This document shows, piece after piece, positions 54,500 to 64,000 of a DNA stretch of 64,000 bases (the stretch's first letter is position 1; every line of letters starts with the position of its first letter). Origin of the DNA: Spirochaetota bacterium (lineage in GTDB: Bacteria > Spirochaetota > UBA4802 > UBA5550); the NCBI GenBank assembly GCA_041753395.1, contig JBGSUQ010000001.1, forward strand, positions 221,948-285,947. Direction: 5' to 3'. The translations under genes and the position numbers were made by a program. The notes under the pieces are model-generated. The model was not told the DNA's origin and made no database searches. It worked only from the letters and a program-made list of their open reading frames with translations.

Positions 54500-57106
54500 T
54501 TATTCCGCCTTTTCCTGGGCCACTTTTATATTTATCTGGGCGATGCCCAGCTTCGCCAGTGGTATCGCGTAGGGCGAACAGGAAACATAGTTCAACCCCG
54601 CATCCATGCAAAACTGGATATTTTCCGGCGCTGCCCCATGCTCACCGCAGAGGCCCATCTTGATGTCCGGTCTTGACAGCCTTCCGCGAAGGGAGGCAAT
54701 CCCGATTAGCTCCTTCACTTCGTCGCCGAGATACTTGAAAAGGTTTGATTTCATCAGGTCAAACAGCGAATAACTCGGGAAGAAAGAGTTCGAATCATCC
54801 CGGGACAGACCGTACGTGGTCTGGGTCAGGTCGTTCGTGCCAAAGCTGAAAAATTCCGCATACTGGGCGATCTCGCCGGCACCCAGGGCTGCGGCTGGAA
54901 GCTCGATCATCGTTCCAACCTTGTAGTCGAGATCCTCAATGCCGTATTCCTCAACCACCTCGTTCTTGATGTCACGTATCCCCTTGACTTCTTTCCCTTC
55001 GATCTTCTTGCCGTTCTTGATAAACTTGATCTCTTCCTTGCTCATGACGATAGGGATCATGATCTCGGGCTCTATCTTGTGCCCCTCTTTCCGCAGCATG
55101 CACGCCGCCTCGAATATGGCGCGGCACTGCATCTCATATATTTCAGGAAATGTTACCGCCACCCGGCACCCGCGGTGTCCCAGCATCGGGTTCATCTCGC
55201 CCAGTTCTTCGCACCGGGCTATGATATCGGAGGCCCTATTGCTCCGGTCCCTGCCCTGCATGTACTGGACGAATATCTTCATGCTGTCTTCGGTCCTCGG
55301 CAAAAATTCGTGTAGCGGCGCATCAAGGAGGCGGATGGTAACCGGGTGACCTTCCATAATTTTAAAAAGGTCATAGAAATCGGACCGCTGCATCGGGAGA
55401 AGCGCCTTCAGCACCTTGCGGCGCTCCTCTTCGGAGTCGGCTATGATCATCTCGCGGAACTTCATGATCCGCTTTTCGTTAAAGAACATGTGCTCTGTCC
55501 GGCACAGCCCGATTCCCTTTGCCTTGAAGTCCTTGGCCACCAGGGCGTCACGGGGCTGGTCAGCATTGGCCCGCACGTTAAATGCACCTATTTGCTTTTC
55601 CACGATGTCCAGGAACTCAAAAAGTCCGTTACTCTTCCAGTCGGGCTCTATCAGTTCGACCTTGCCCATGAATATGGTTGGCGCCTCATAATAGGGAACG
55701 CTCATAGACACGTAATCGCCTTCATAGACGGTTTTACCGCCAAGGGTGAAGCTGTTGCCCCTTATTTTCATCTCGGGCTGGACCATGGCAACCTTGCCCA
55801 GACTCCGCGCAACAACCGGTGCGTGGGATGAAAAACCACCTTCGCAGGTAATGACGCCCTGGGCAACTTCGATCGCCTTTACATCTTCGGCAAATGAGGC
55901 CGGCATGACCAGTATGAATTTCGAGTCGCCGCCTTTCATGATGGCACGCTTATGCTCCTCGAGTAGCTTCGGTGTCGAGAAAAATACCCGGCCTATAGCT
56001 GCTCCGGTTGATCCGGCTATACCACCCTTGATGAACTTTACCCCCTTAGTCGTCCTGGGATCGATGACCGGGTGCAGGAGCTCATTGAGCTGATTCGGTT
56101 TTATCTTCTCGATCGTATAGGAATCGGAAACAATTTTCCGCTTCGTGAGGTCAAGAAGCGCCTTTATCTGGGACTGCGTTGACTTGTCATCGACCTCTTT
56201 CTGCTCAACGAGCCAGAAATCACCCTCTTCAATGGTGAACTTGATCTCGCGTATTTCCTTGAAGTTGTCCTCTATCTTGTGGGCAATTTCGGTAAAATGA
56301 GTGAAGTGCTTTTTTTCTATTTTGCTTATATCCTTTGCTTTTCCGGCCTGGATGTCGAATTCGCTCTGGCCGAACTCTCCCTGAATCTCCGGATCACCGG
56401 TCACGATGTTCCTGGTGTAGTAATTGCCCGCGTAGGAATTGTCTCCCCAGTTGCCATACACCATTACCTGCACCATGATTGACAGCGAATTGTCCACGTC
56501 GATGGTTGAGTCGCAGTAGCGTGACGATGCACCCTTGATTATAAGGCTGAGCTGGTCATATACGTCTTCACTGAATTTATCGGCGAAAAGTGCACGGTAG
56601 GATTCGATGGCCCTTTTGAGATCGTCAATTCCGGCCTTCTTTGCAATTTTTCCTTCTATCTGCTTCAGCTCTTTTTCGTCAACCTCGTAGATTTTTCTCG
56701 CCATGTTCCTGAGTAAAAACAGGTATTCGCCATAGGCAAATTCCATGCCGGTATATTTTCCGAAGGCCTCAACTGTCATGCTATTCATGCCTATGTTGTG
56801 TATGGACGGGAAGTGCGGTACATTCAGATCAGAACTTAAGACGACTTTTAACATGAGCGGTTTGTCGACATCGCCGTATTTCTTTTTTGTGTCCTTTTCC
56901 AGCTGGCTGATATAGGTGCTTAATATTTCTTTTAAATTGATCTGTGGGAGTTTCTGCGTGAGGACTGAATCGATGATAAAACCAGGTACAATGGGAAGGC
57001 CCATCATTGCAAGATCAACGGCCCTTCTGCCGCGTATTCCCAGACGCTGCCGGACTTTATCATCAACATCTTTCAGGTTTTTATTAAAGTATACAATATT
57101 TTCCAT
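54500..57106 (-). CDS. ppdK: Pyruvate, phosphate dikinase
   Basis: 868 aa with the PEP-utilizing enzyme signatures (GGRTSHAAI-like GGFSSHAPVVARSLG, and a ...NDLTQ region). An AGGAGA SD precedes it. Confidence 0.95.
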   Translation of the reverse strand: MENIVYFNKNLKDVDDKVRQRLGIRGRRAVDLAMMGLPIVPGFIIDSVLTQKLPQINLKEILSTYISQLEKDTKKKYGDVDKPLMLKVVLSSDLNVPHFPSIHNIGMNSMTVEAFGKYTGMEFAYGEYLFLLRNMARKIYEVDEKELKQIEGKIAKKAGIDDLKRAIESYRALFADKFSEDVYDQLSLIIKGASSRYCDSTIDVDNSLSIMVQVMVYGNWGDNSYAGNYYTRNIVTGDPEIQGEFGQSEFDIQAGKAKDISKIEKKHFTHFTEIAHKIEDNFKEIREIKFTIEEGDFWLVEQKEVDDKSTQSQIKALLDLTKRKIVSDSYTIEKIKPNQLNELLHPVIDPRTTKGVKFIKGGIAGSTGAAIGRVFFSTPKLLEEHKRAIMKGGDSKFILVMPASFAEDVKAIEVAQGVITCEGGFSSHAPVVARSLGKVAMVQPEMKIRGNSFTLGGKTVYEGDYVSMSVPYYEAPTIFMGKVELIEPDWKSNGLFEFLDIVEKQIGAFNVRANADQPRDALVAKDFKAKGIGLCRTEHMFFNEKRIMKFREMIIADSEEERRKVLKALLPMQRSDFYDLFKIMEGHPVTIRLLDAPLHEFLPRTEDSMKIFVQYMQGRDRSNRASDIIARCEELGEMNPMLGHRGCRVAVTFPEIYEMQCRAIFEAACMLRKEGHKIEPEIMIPIVMSKEEIKFIKNGKKIEGKEVKGIRDIKNEVVEEYGIEDLDYKVGTMIELPAAALGAGEIAQYAEFFSFGTNDLTQTTYGLSRDDSNSFFPSYSLFDLMKSNLFKYLGDEVKELIGIASLRGRLSRPDIKMGLCGEHGAAPENIQFCMDAGLNYVSCSPYAIPLAKLGIAQINIKVAQEKAE

Positions 57107-57145
57107 TTCAAATCTCCTGTTAATTCCTAAATGGTTTCATGATCG

Positions 57146-58054
57146 CTAGAAAAGCCTCAGCACCTGGCCTACTCCAATTTTCAAAAATTGTTCGAAACGC
57201 GTGCTGGCTCCCTCAAAAAGGTATTTCTGGAGTTTCGATACTCCCTTGATATTCTCACCGGCAACCTGGAAAAAAATTGAATCGCCATGCTTTACTTTGC
57301 CCCATTTAAACAGGGAGTTAATGTCATTGACCAACTCGCCGCCGTGAAATATATAAACTTTCAGATTCGGATATGTTGTGGTGTAGCTTTCGACTATCTT
57401 TTTCCACGCCTCGACATTGCCGTTGTGAAAAAGCTCATTGGAAACCTCAACTGCATACTTTGGCGTGATGTTGGCTATCCCCTTGCCTGGCTCTTCGACC
57501 TTTTTATCTTTCTTCACCGGTTTTCTCTGGACCACGGTCTGATCGATAAAGGCCTTGTTAATAAAAACATCCTTGCCCGACAGCATCTCTTCCAGGGTGC
57601 TGATCGCCGCCTTCTCGATCTTCTTATTGTCCTCTTTAAGGAATTTCATAAAAATCACCATCAACTGGTCAGTGTGAAGCTCCCTGACGCGTTCCCAGTG
57701 ATCGGGATTTTTTGGATTGATTAGAAATATTTTCCCCCCTGGATTGTAGTACACGCATACTATGTCAAGGGCGGTCCATTTCGATGTCTCTTCTGCAATT
57801 TTCTCAAACTCCGTAACCGGTTCAATTATATTGTACGAATCATAGCTGTAGCCGTATTTATCCCGAATGACAGAGCCAACGATCGGCAGTATCTGGTCTT
57901 CGGCGACTTCATTGGCATCAAGCTCGTCATTGATGACATCAGCCAGGTTTTTATTCATTTCAATTTCATCAACAACTTCAGTCACCTTGTAAAAGTGCCT
58001 GAGGGCCTTATTGAAATTTGATTTGGATGCCAATGCGAAATAAGTGCTCTCCAT
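57146..58054 (-). CDS. Hypothetical protein (no recognisable domain)
   Basis: 303 aa from MESTYFALASK (ATG 58054, GGGAGT SD 6 nt upstream). About 43% GC. Confidence 0.5.
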   Translation of the reverse strand: MESTYFALASKSNFNKALRHFYKVTEVVDEIEMNKNLADVINDELDANEVAEDQILPIVGSVIRDKYGYSYDSYNIIEPVTEFEKIAEETSKWTALDIVCVYYNPGGKIFLINPKNPDHWERVRELHTDQLMVIFMKFLKEDNKKIEKAAISTLEEMLSGKDVFINKAFIDQTVVQRKPVKKDKKVEEPGKGIANITPKYAVEVSNELFHNGNVEAWKKIVESYTTTYPNLKVYIFHGGELVNDINSLFKWGKVKHGDSIFFQVAGENIKGVSKLQKYLFEGASTRFEQFLKIGVGQVLRLF

Positions 58055-58298
58055 GGTTGTACTCCCTTTTAACGAGTTTTGGCAGGGGAAATAAAAGCTG
58101 ATTTTGATGCAACGATCATACTCCATGGACACCCTTGCCGGATACAAAGGTCACGGTGTTTCAGGATTATTATATCCCCGTATGGTTGATAATATAAAAG
58201 TTCCTCCATTAATTGCAAGCATTTTGTACAAGGAAATGCAATAAATGGATCTCGTTCGGTCCGTTATCATCGGCAGGCATTTTTTAAATTAAGTATGA

Positions 58299-58334
58299 AA
58301 ACAAAAGAGGCTGACTCATCAGAGCCAGCCTCCC
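58299..58334 (-). terminator. Rho-independent terminator downstream of the 648-aa gene
   Basis: The minus strand reads GAGGCTGgctctgatgagtCAGCCTCttttgtttt. Confidence 0.5.
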
Positions 58335-58372
58335 GGTTGTTTCAATACTGTTCAGGATTATGTATCTATATT

Positions 58373-60319
58373 CTATAGTTCTTTCAATCCTGATTTTTTC
58401 ATCGGCTGTTTTGATTTAGGCGACAGGCTTACCGTACCGCTGATCTCGCTGGGCTGCGCTGTCTTATATGCTTCTTCTATAATACTCGCGCTTGTATCTT
58501 CCGTGACAAATGACTGGTCGATATCTTCCCGTTGCGTCGATCTGCGCCTTGTGTACTGCGCGAAGGCGGCATCGGAGAATCCCTTCGATACGCCGTAGAG
58601 GAACTCGTTCAGCACGTTCGCCATACCTTTCAGCATGAACTGCTTTCTCTTGATAGTCGCAATATCGATATCGAGAATCAGTCCCGGCTGTATGTGGTGC
58701 GGATTCACACGATACGTAAACTCGTTGAATCTCTTGATCATAAAGTTGATCCTCTCGTCCAGGATAACGCGCTCCACCGGGTTCTGGTAGCCGTGCATCT
58801 TTTGCAGCATATCTTTCAGGTAATTCAGCTTGTTCTTCAGGTTGATTATCCTGTTTTCATAGGTCCTGTTATTCTTTTCCACGAAGGAATCTTCAGGATA
58901 CATTTCGCCGATTTCGTTCCAGAGAATGTTTTCAGGATCCTCTTCGCGCTCTTTCTTGGCCCGCTTCCATTCTTTAGACATGATCCTGGAGGCCAGGTCA
59001 TCGAAGTCTTTCAGTGAACGGAAACGTTTCTTGGACTCATAGTAGCCATGACAAACGTCCCAGCACATCTTGATCTCGGTAGAGAAAGAATCCATCTGCT
59101 TGTCGAACTCTTTCTTTTCCACCTTGAGCTGGTTCTGATCGTAGAAGGCCAGCCTCATGGCATACCGCTCATCCGGAAGAATCGAGGTGTCGGTTTCTTC
59201 ATATTCACGGATATGGCATATCCGGGCATTCTTCATGTTATTGCACACCTGGTAGCCCAGTTTGCTGGTGTCGAGGATCGAGGTGATGTTGTTAATGGCC
59301 GTGTTGTAGCCGCGGTTCCGGACGTTCTCCTCGTCGATGATGAATTTGATGTTTTCCCTGATATTGAGGGGATCGAAGTCTTCAACATCGATCTCGGCCC
59401 TGAGGCCCTCGATCTTATCAAGGAACTTTTTGGCAAGGATTGTGTACCGTTTCGATTTCTCGTCGTCTTTTTCATCGTCGGTGAAATTTTCAATCCGTTT
59501 AATCTTCTCGAACATCTTCTCGCTGCCGGTAAGCTCGCGTTTTCCCTGGTCGACCAGTTCGTCGTTGAAAGCCTGTACCTGGCGGTCAATCAGATCCTGA
59601 ACGTGCTTCTGGATAGCATCTTTAAGGAGGTTCTCCACCGTCACCTGATAGTGATACATCGGGCTGATGAGTTCACTCTCAAGTATATTGATCGAAAGCT
59701 TCACGTCATATACATACTTGGGCCGGTATTCATTGTCTTTGAAAACGCACTTTAATATAGCATATGCGTTCTGGCCACGGACGAAAGCACCGATGTCAGT
59801 TTTCTGGCGAAGTATCGAGTTGGTATCAGTTTCAAGGTCGTTAACGCCCCGCTGAATATGGCCCTGAAGGTGACCGTACATATTGATGATGGACTTCTCA
59901 ATTTCACCGGTATGGAACTTGTCCGGGCCGGCAATCTTGTCCATGAGCTCGATGATTTCCCTCGGTGTATACCGTGCAAGACCGCGGAGCTCTTCCTTGT
60001 CGACGAAGTCCCGAATCTTTTTCATGAACTCGTCTTCCATGGTTACTGTATAGCGGTTGAACATGTTGACATAGGTCTGGTTTATGTAATTATACAATTT
60101 CTCTTTTAAACCGCCCATGACCTCCATCTTAACCAGAACTTCCTCGGGCAATTTTGTAATAATTTGATTCACAACCCGGTCGGTGGTTTCGTTAATAATC
60201 AGTCGCTGTTCAGCAATTTTATCACGTCCTTCCTGCGCGTATGATTCGTGTGAACCCACGGCATTGGGGATGGTCGGGTGAAACTTGTTTGGACTTTTAG
60301 GAAATTGTGTAAAAGCCAT
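58373..60319 (-). CDS. Hypothetical large (648 aa) charged, predicted helical (coiled-coil-like) protein
   Basis: A strong AGGAGG SD lies 8 nt upstream. No recognisable catalytic motif. About 45% GC. Confidence 0.6.
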   Translation of the reverse strand: MAFTQFPKSPNKFHPTIPNAVGSHESYAQEGRDKIAEQRLIINETTDRVVNQIITKLPEEVLVKMEVMGGLKEKLYNYINQTYVNMFNRYTVTMEDEFMKKIRDFVDKEELRGLARYTPREIIELMDKIAGPDKFHTGEIEKSIINMYGHLQGHIQRGVNDLETDTNSILRQKTDIGAFVRGQNAYAILKCVFKDNEYRPKYVYDVKLSINILESELISPMYHYQVTVENLLKDAIQKHVQDLIDRQVQAFNDELVDQGKRELTGSEKMFEKIKRIENFTDDEKDDEKSKRYTILAKKFLDKIEGLRAEIDVEDFDPLNIRENIKFIIDEENVRNRGYNTAINNITSILDTSKLGYQVCNNMKNARICHIREYEETDTSILPDERYAMRLAFYDQNQLKVEKKEFDKQMDSFSTEIKMCWDVCHGYYESKKRFRSLKDFDDLASRIMSKEWKRAKKEREEDPENILWNEIGEMYPEDSFVEKNNRTYENRIINLKNKLNYLKDMLQKMHGYQNPVERVILDERINFMIKRFNEFTYRVNPHHIQPGLILDIDIATIKRKQFMLKGMANVLNEFLYGVSKGFSDAAFAQYTRRRSTQREDIDQSFVTEDTSASIIEEAYKTAQPSEISGTVSLSPKSKQPMKKSGLKEL

Positions 60320-60533
60320 GTATTATTCCTCCTTAATTTCGCTACGCTTTTAAATTCATGTCTATATGCATCTATTCAAATGGAATTATATATATTTTAT
60401 AAAATGTAGTATAATAGTAATGAAGAATATTCTGTCAAGATTATTTCTAAAAATTCTTCAATGTAACCGTCAAATAATATCGTCCTCTTCTATTATTCTT
60501 ATAAATATTCAACTATTCACCGTACCCTCGTTA

Positions 60534-61667
60534 TTAAGCAAAATATTTAAATGAATAATTACCAACTTTAAATATATCGCCATCCTGGAGGAGTCCGTCC
60601 GCCTGGCGGTTCACCATCTCAACCCTGGCGCTCTCATTATCCATCAGTTTCATCCTGATTGCCCCCTCATGCCTGATGGCCTTTATCATAATGGGCTTCT
60701 TAATGGTGATGTCCCGTACATTCACAACGCACCCGAGGCCCTTGCCGATCATGACTTCCCGGGCAGGTCTGCGGGCCAGGTCAAAATGCTGCATGTAAGG
60801 CTCGATAATCTCCGTGTTCCAGTACTCCAGCTTGCCGACTACCTTGAGGTCCGCGAGCCTCTTCACAAAGAAGAGTATGGCCAACACGAGAAGTATGCAG
60901 GCGCCTGCAATTATGATCGGGATGAGAATGCTTCTGCCTTCGGATTCCTTTCTTTTTTCGTCCTGGATCAGCTCCTGCTTGCCCTTTTCCGGATCGCCGG
61001 CCTGTATGACCTTGACATTATCAGAAATGAGGCCCAGCTCCTGCTCCATTTTTTTTGCTGCCTCGCTTTTCATTCCCGGGCTAAAGCTCAGCACATAAAC
61101 CCAAAGTTTTGATTTCTTTCCATACTTCTTCGCAAAATCCACAAAATCAAATTTTTTATCTCCCGGAGGGGGATCGTCAATGGCATCGGTCATGATGACG
61201 ATCTCGGTCTGCCGCCCATCTTTCTTGTCGAGGTTTTCCGCTGATTGCAGAACCTGCGTTATCATTTTATAAGTATAGGTCCAGAGGCCGGTCGCTTCGG
61301 TCATGGTTATGTATTTTTTTAGGATATCCCTGTCGTTATCATCGTCCACGATTACCGTCGGATATATTCTCACGTCCGTATCGAAGGTCACGAAGGTGAC
61401 GCGATCGCCATCCTCGACCTGGTCGATATAATCGCTGATGCTGCGCTTGACATCGTTCAGGATATCCTTCCCGCCGGCACGCCCGATCATGCTCATTGAA
61501 GTATCGAGGACCATTATGAGATCCTTGCTCTGCCTGGCCATACAATCCATTGACGCCAGGGTAAACTGAGCCACCATCAACAGCACGAATAGTGGCAGTA
61601 TAGCTTTACATAATTTCCTTCCCAAAATAGTTCTCCTCTTTTTATTTTTGGGTTCTTCCAGATTCAT
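60534..61667 (-). CDS. Two-TM protein with a periplasmic von Willebrand factor A (VWA) domain and a divergent C-terminal cytoplasmic FHA-like domain
   Basis: A signal anchor precedes the VWA MIDAS motif (LIMVLDTSMSM = DxSxS, ...TDAID). A TM helix (ILIPIIIAGACILLVLAILFFV) follows. The C-terminal ~100 aa (VMIGKGLGCVVNVRD...GDIFKVGNYSFKY) resemble an FHA fold but lack the canonical SxxH/NGT residues. A GGGGAG SD precedes it. Confidence 0.5.
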   Translation of the reverse strand: MNLEEPKNKKRRTILGRKLCKAILPLFVLLMVAQFTLASMDCMARQSKDLIMVLDTSMSMIGRAGGKDILNDVKRSISDYIDQVEDGDRVTFVTFDTDVRIYPTVIVDDDNDRDILKKYITMTEATGLWTYTYKMITQVLQSAENLDKKDGRQTEIVIMTDAIDDPPPGDKKFDFVDFAKKYGKKSKLWVYVLSFSPGMKSEAAKKMEQELGLISDNVKVIQAGDPEKGKQELIQDEKRKESEGRSILIPIIIAGACILLVLAILFFVKRLADLKVVGKLEYWNTEIIEPYMQHFDLARRPAREVMIGKGLGCVVNVRDITIKKPIMIKAIRHEGAIRMKLMDNESARVEMVNRQADGLLQDGDIFKVGNYSFKYFA

Positions 61668-61961
61668 CGACTCCCCGGATATCCCAAAGGAATAAAAAAA
61701 TTGGGTTACGATTACTAGTGCCTAGATATTTGATATTCCGGGTTAATGGACTGCCCCATCGAATTGATAAATAATAATATGAATATTTGAATATATGTCA
61801 AGAATATTAATCGAATTATACAAAATTATATTCCAATAATCGGTTGTTTTTATTCAATTTCTCCCGGCAGAAATTTAGGGTCTTTATCATTATCCAGTAC
61901 CTATATTCCCTGATTTACAGATTAGATATTGTTATTTTCACAAACAATAGTCCTATGAATC

Positions 61962-61985
61962 AAAAAAGCCCTCCCGCGAGGGCTC
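61962..61985 (-). terminator. Rho-independent terminator downstream of the gene at 62018..62734
   Basis: The minus strand reads AGCCCTCgcggGAGGGCttttttg. Confidence 0.55.
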
Positions 61986-62017
61986 AATTTGGGCGGCTGT
62001 ATAATGAGGCGGCTCAT

Positions 62018-62734
62018 CTAAAACTCATTATAGATAATTTCTTTTTTCACATAGTTCCTGAAATCGATGGCACGGTCCTTCTTCAGTTCCAAATATTCGT
62101 TCATAAGTATGAAAAACCACATAAAGGTGTCATCATTGGTTTCCAGGGCGATGAAGCTTCTTTTTTCCCGCCAGTTTTTTACTACTATTCCTTTGTGCAT
62201 AACCATGAGAATATCCAGCTCATACTGGTACTCTATATTCTTGGAAAGATAGAAATTGACGATATCGTTCTTCAGCTCCTGGAACTCATATTTCGTTGAC
62301 GACACCACCACGAAGGAAGGTATATGCACCCGTTCCTCCTCTTCGGCAGGGGCGGCATACATGTTCAATTTTTTCGCAGTGGCTATTTTGCTCAGTACCT
62401 CTATCAGCGAATCCTTGTTCAGTGTCGGGACCATGTGAATCAGTCCGTAGATAAGCTCATACGGAACATATCCGCCCATCAAATTGAGAATATCGCGGCA
62501 ATACTCGTCATATATCACGAGGTCCGCCCCGTCGGGCGAAAAACCGGACGAATCGATAGGTTTGACCGGAGCTATTTTCAGATTCGATTGGATTATGCCG
62601 GAAAGGTTGTCCCTGAACAGGTCCAGGTCGATGGCGCCCCGGGAAGCACCCTTCCCTTTCTTGGGTGCCGCCGCATTATCGGTCTTCTTTGTATAAAGCT
62701 TCTTATCATAATCCTTGAAAAATTTTGATATCAT
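62018..62734 (-). CDS. Hypothetical protein
   Basis: 238 aa with an AGGGGT SD. It has its own terminator. Confidence 0.5.
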   Translation of the reverse strand: MISKFFKDYDKKLYTKKTDNAAAPKKGKGASRGAIDLDLFRDNLSGIIQSNLKIAPVKPIDSSGFSPDGADLVIYDEYCRDILNLMGGYVPYELIYGLIHMVPTLNKDSLIEVLSKIATAKKLNMYAAPAEEEERVHIPSFVVVSSTKYEFQELKNDIVNFYLSKNIEYQYELDILMVMHKGIVVKNWREKRSFIALETNDDTFMWFFILMNEYLELKKDRAIDFRNYVKKEIIYNEF

Positions 62735-62814
62735 TGTCGATACCCCTGTTTATTTACTGTATTTATGGCAGAGCCGCCGGATACGGCCGAACAATGTGCA
62801 TGAAAAATAAACGC

Positions 62815-62865
62815 CACACCAAGGGGGATTTTTAAGGGGCTTCGCCCCTTAACCCCTAAAAATAA
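62815..62865. repeat. Small structured repeat, family C copy 2 (ttttaaggggcttcgccccttaacccc; 7-bp stem AAGGGGC/GCCCCTT)
   Basis: The core is nearly identical to 16271-16297. Confidence 0.55.
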
Positions 62866-63615
62866 TGCCTTTTTCACTACAACGTCAGTATTAATATCTT
62901 CCCCATGCCGTCTCGACGAAGGGAGATAGATCAATGAAAAAGTAAATATCCAATCAATATAATGATGTCAATGAATAATTTCGAGAAAAAATCAAATAGC
63001 TTCATGAAAAAATAACCGGCCTGTGGTTTTTTTCCGTGCCGTTTAACAAAAAATATCAGGAAAAACCGGTTTCCCTGTAATTATCATTGAAAAAGGCCGC
63101 CATAATAGGGCAACAGGAAGCATGGTTGTATGTTTTTTCTAAACTATAATAAAAAACTTGTTGATATATAAACCCTTGATTAACTTATAAGAAGCCGCCT
63201 GCGCTGTTGGTGATAGGAATTATATTTTTTTGAACCTAAAGCTTTTTAGGGATCCCAATATTTGGCTGCAATGGTCATGCCCCTCACGGGGAAGGCCTGA
63301 TCTGCCGTGCGGGAACCCACCTGGTATCAGGTTCAAAAAGCTTTCCTACACGGCAGCGCGGGTTTTTTTATTGTCCCCCGTTCTGAATTATTATTGCCAA
63401 TTGCCGCGCCCCTGTTCTATTGTCGTAATATGATAATCCAATCTGTGGCAGTGATGACCCATTGTTTTTTATGGACAGGATTAACAGGATAATCAGGTTT
63501 TGAAAGGAAGCAACAATAATCAAGTGACGGTATGTCGTAAAACCTGAACGGAACAATCCCGTTAATCCTCAAAATCCTGTCTTGAGATTTTATAATGCAC
63601 AAGCTCCTCATTCCA

Positions 63616-64000
63616 TGATGTTGTATACGAAGACAGCGATCGCCATTATTTCCGCGGCACTGGCGGCCCTCTCCTGCTCGGGCCTGATGACCCGGCATGA
63701 CAGAAGCGTTTCAGACCTTGAATCGGAACTTGCCGTCTTAAAGAAGCGCATCACCATTATTGATAAAAAAAACGCCCTCCTCGAAGCTGAAAACAGCGAC
63801 CATAAAGACGACATCAGGCGGATTAAAAACGACTACGCCGTGCTTAAGAACCAGTCCGACGCCCGGATCAGGGATCTCGCCGATATGAATGCGCGGCTGA
63901 AGGCTGATTATCTTGACACTTCGTCCCGGCTGAACGCCATCATAGCCGGGCTTGAAAAAAAGATCGCCGAAAAGAGCGAGGAGCTGTCCAGGATGGACAC
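63616..64000 (+). CDS. Partial (5' end only) lipoprotein with a coiled-coil region; runs off the window
   Basis: Manual translation gives MMLYTKTAIAIISAALAALSCSGL (lipobox) followed by a heptad-like sequence (LESELAVLKKRITIIDKKNALLEAENSD...). There is no stop before the window end, and the upstream SD is weak. Confidence 0.4.

Noticed and set aside
57146-62734. Calling the four unknown genes a single operon or system
   Set aside because: Clear hairpin-plus-T-run terminators follow the 238-aa and 648-aa genes. A 214-bp and a 318-bp AT-rich spacer separate the others. They are at best a co-located gene block, so the system claim is kept tentative.
63230-63560. Possible structured ncRNA or riboswitch in the 670-bp spacer before the last partial gene
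   Set aside because: There are several short hairpins (cctaaa/tttagg, cccc/gggg) and a ctgccgtg...cacggcag long-range pairing. None matches a riboswitch or sRNA consensus that I can recognise. This is insufficient to call.
1-64000. CRISPR arrays, tRNA and rRNA genes
   Set aside because: I found no regularly spaced short direct repeats. All repeats found are two-copy dispersed elements or palindromes. I saw no tRNA T-arm/acceptor patterns (GTTCGAATC-type boxes) and no rRNA-like stretches.

Overview
This is a 64 kb chromosomal segment from a flagellated, probably Gram-negative bacterium, about 50-55% GC with some compositional mosaicism. The organism cannot be named from the sequence alone. 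Everything below was read by eye and by translating the ORF track; no homology searches were run, so family names are pattern-recognition calls and not database hits.

Backbone genes found:
- Flagellar basal-body genes flgG-flgA-flgH-flgI plus a FlgJ-like rod-binding protein, with a candidate sigma-54 promoter ahead of flgG.
- adk, a class I DAHP synthase, purQ, a long purL with an N-terminal PurS-like region, a long-chain acyl-CoA ligase, tatC, pgk and ppdK.
- rmuC, an HDAC-fold amidohydrolase, a PP2C/SpoIIE-type phosphatase, and a GT2 glycosyltransferase adjacent to a PF03706-like membrane protein.
- Secreted hydrolases: a triacylglycerol-type lipase (GHSQG) convergent with a Lif-like foldase, an amidohydrolase with a Tat-like signal, an Amidase_3-like lipoprotein, and a creatininase-family protein.

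The most unusual feature is a roughly 13 kb island (17.4-30.7 kb). It begins after a 620 bp AT-rich regulatory region that carries operator-like palindromes. On one strand it encodes, in order:
- a PaaK/CapK/coenzyme-F390-synthetase-like adenylate-forming enzyme;
- a secreted putative N-terminal-nucleophile (Ntn)-type hydrolase, Cys immediately after the signal peptide;
- a PF03706-like membrane protein (lysyl-PG-synthase transmembrane domain, putative flippase);
- a CapA-family lipoprotein (the family first described in the poly-gamma-glutamate capsule locus);
- a DegT/ArnB-type PLP aminotransferase;
- a GNAT-like protein;
- four tandem, mutually paralogous proteins of about 400 aa, each carrying the HHxxxDG motif of condensation-domain / WS-DGAT / PapA-type acyltransferases.
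An alpha/beta hydrolase (GHSMG) is convergent at the far end. No NRPS adenylation or carrier domains are present. I read this as a candidate undescribed acylation pathway, possibly acting on an amino sugar or a lipid-linked intermediate.

Other points worth a second look:
- A run of low-GC unknown genes at 57-62.7 kb, including a candidate VWA-TM-FHA-like protein.
- Four families of small dispersed palindromic or MITE-like repeats, two copies each. Three families sit at convergent gene junctions.
- Several single oddities: a TatC with a Lys-rich N-terminal extension, a YegP-ankyrin fusion with a poly-Lys tail, and a protein with QFGxG repeats, HEAT-like repeats and zinc ribbons.

No tRNA, rRNA or CRISPR array was recognised.
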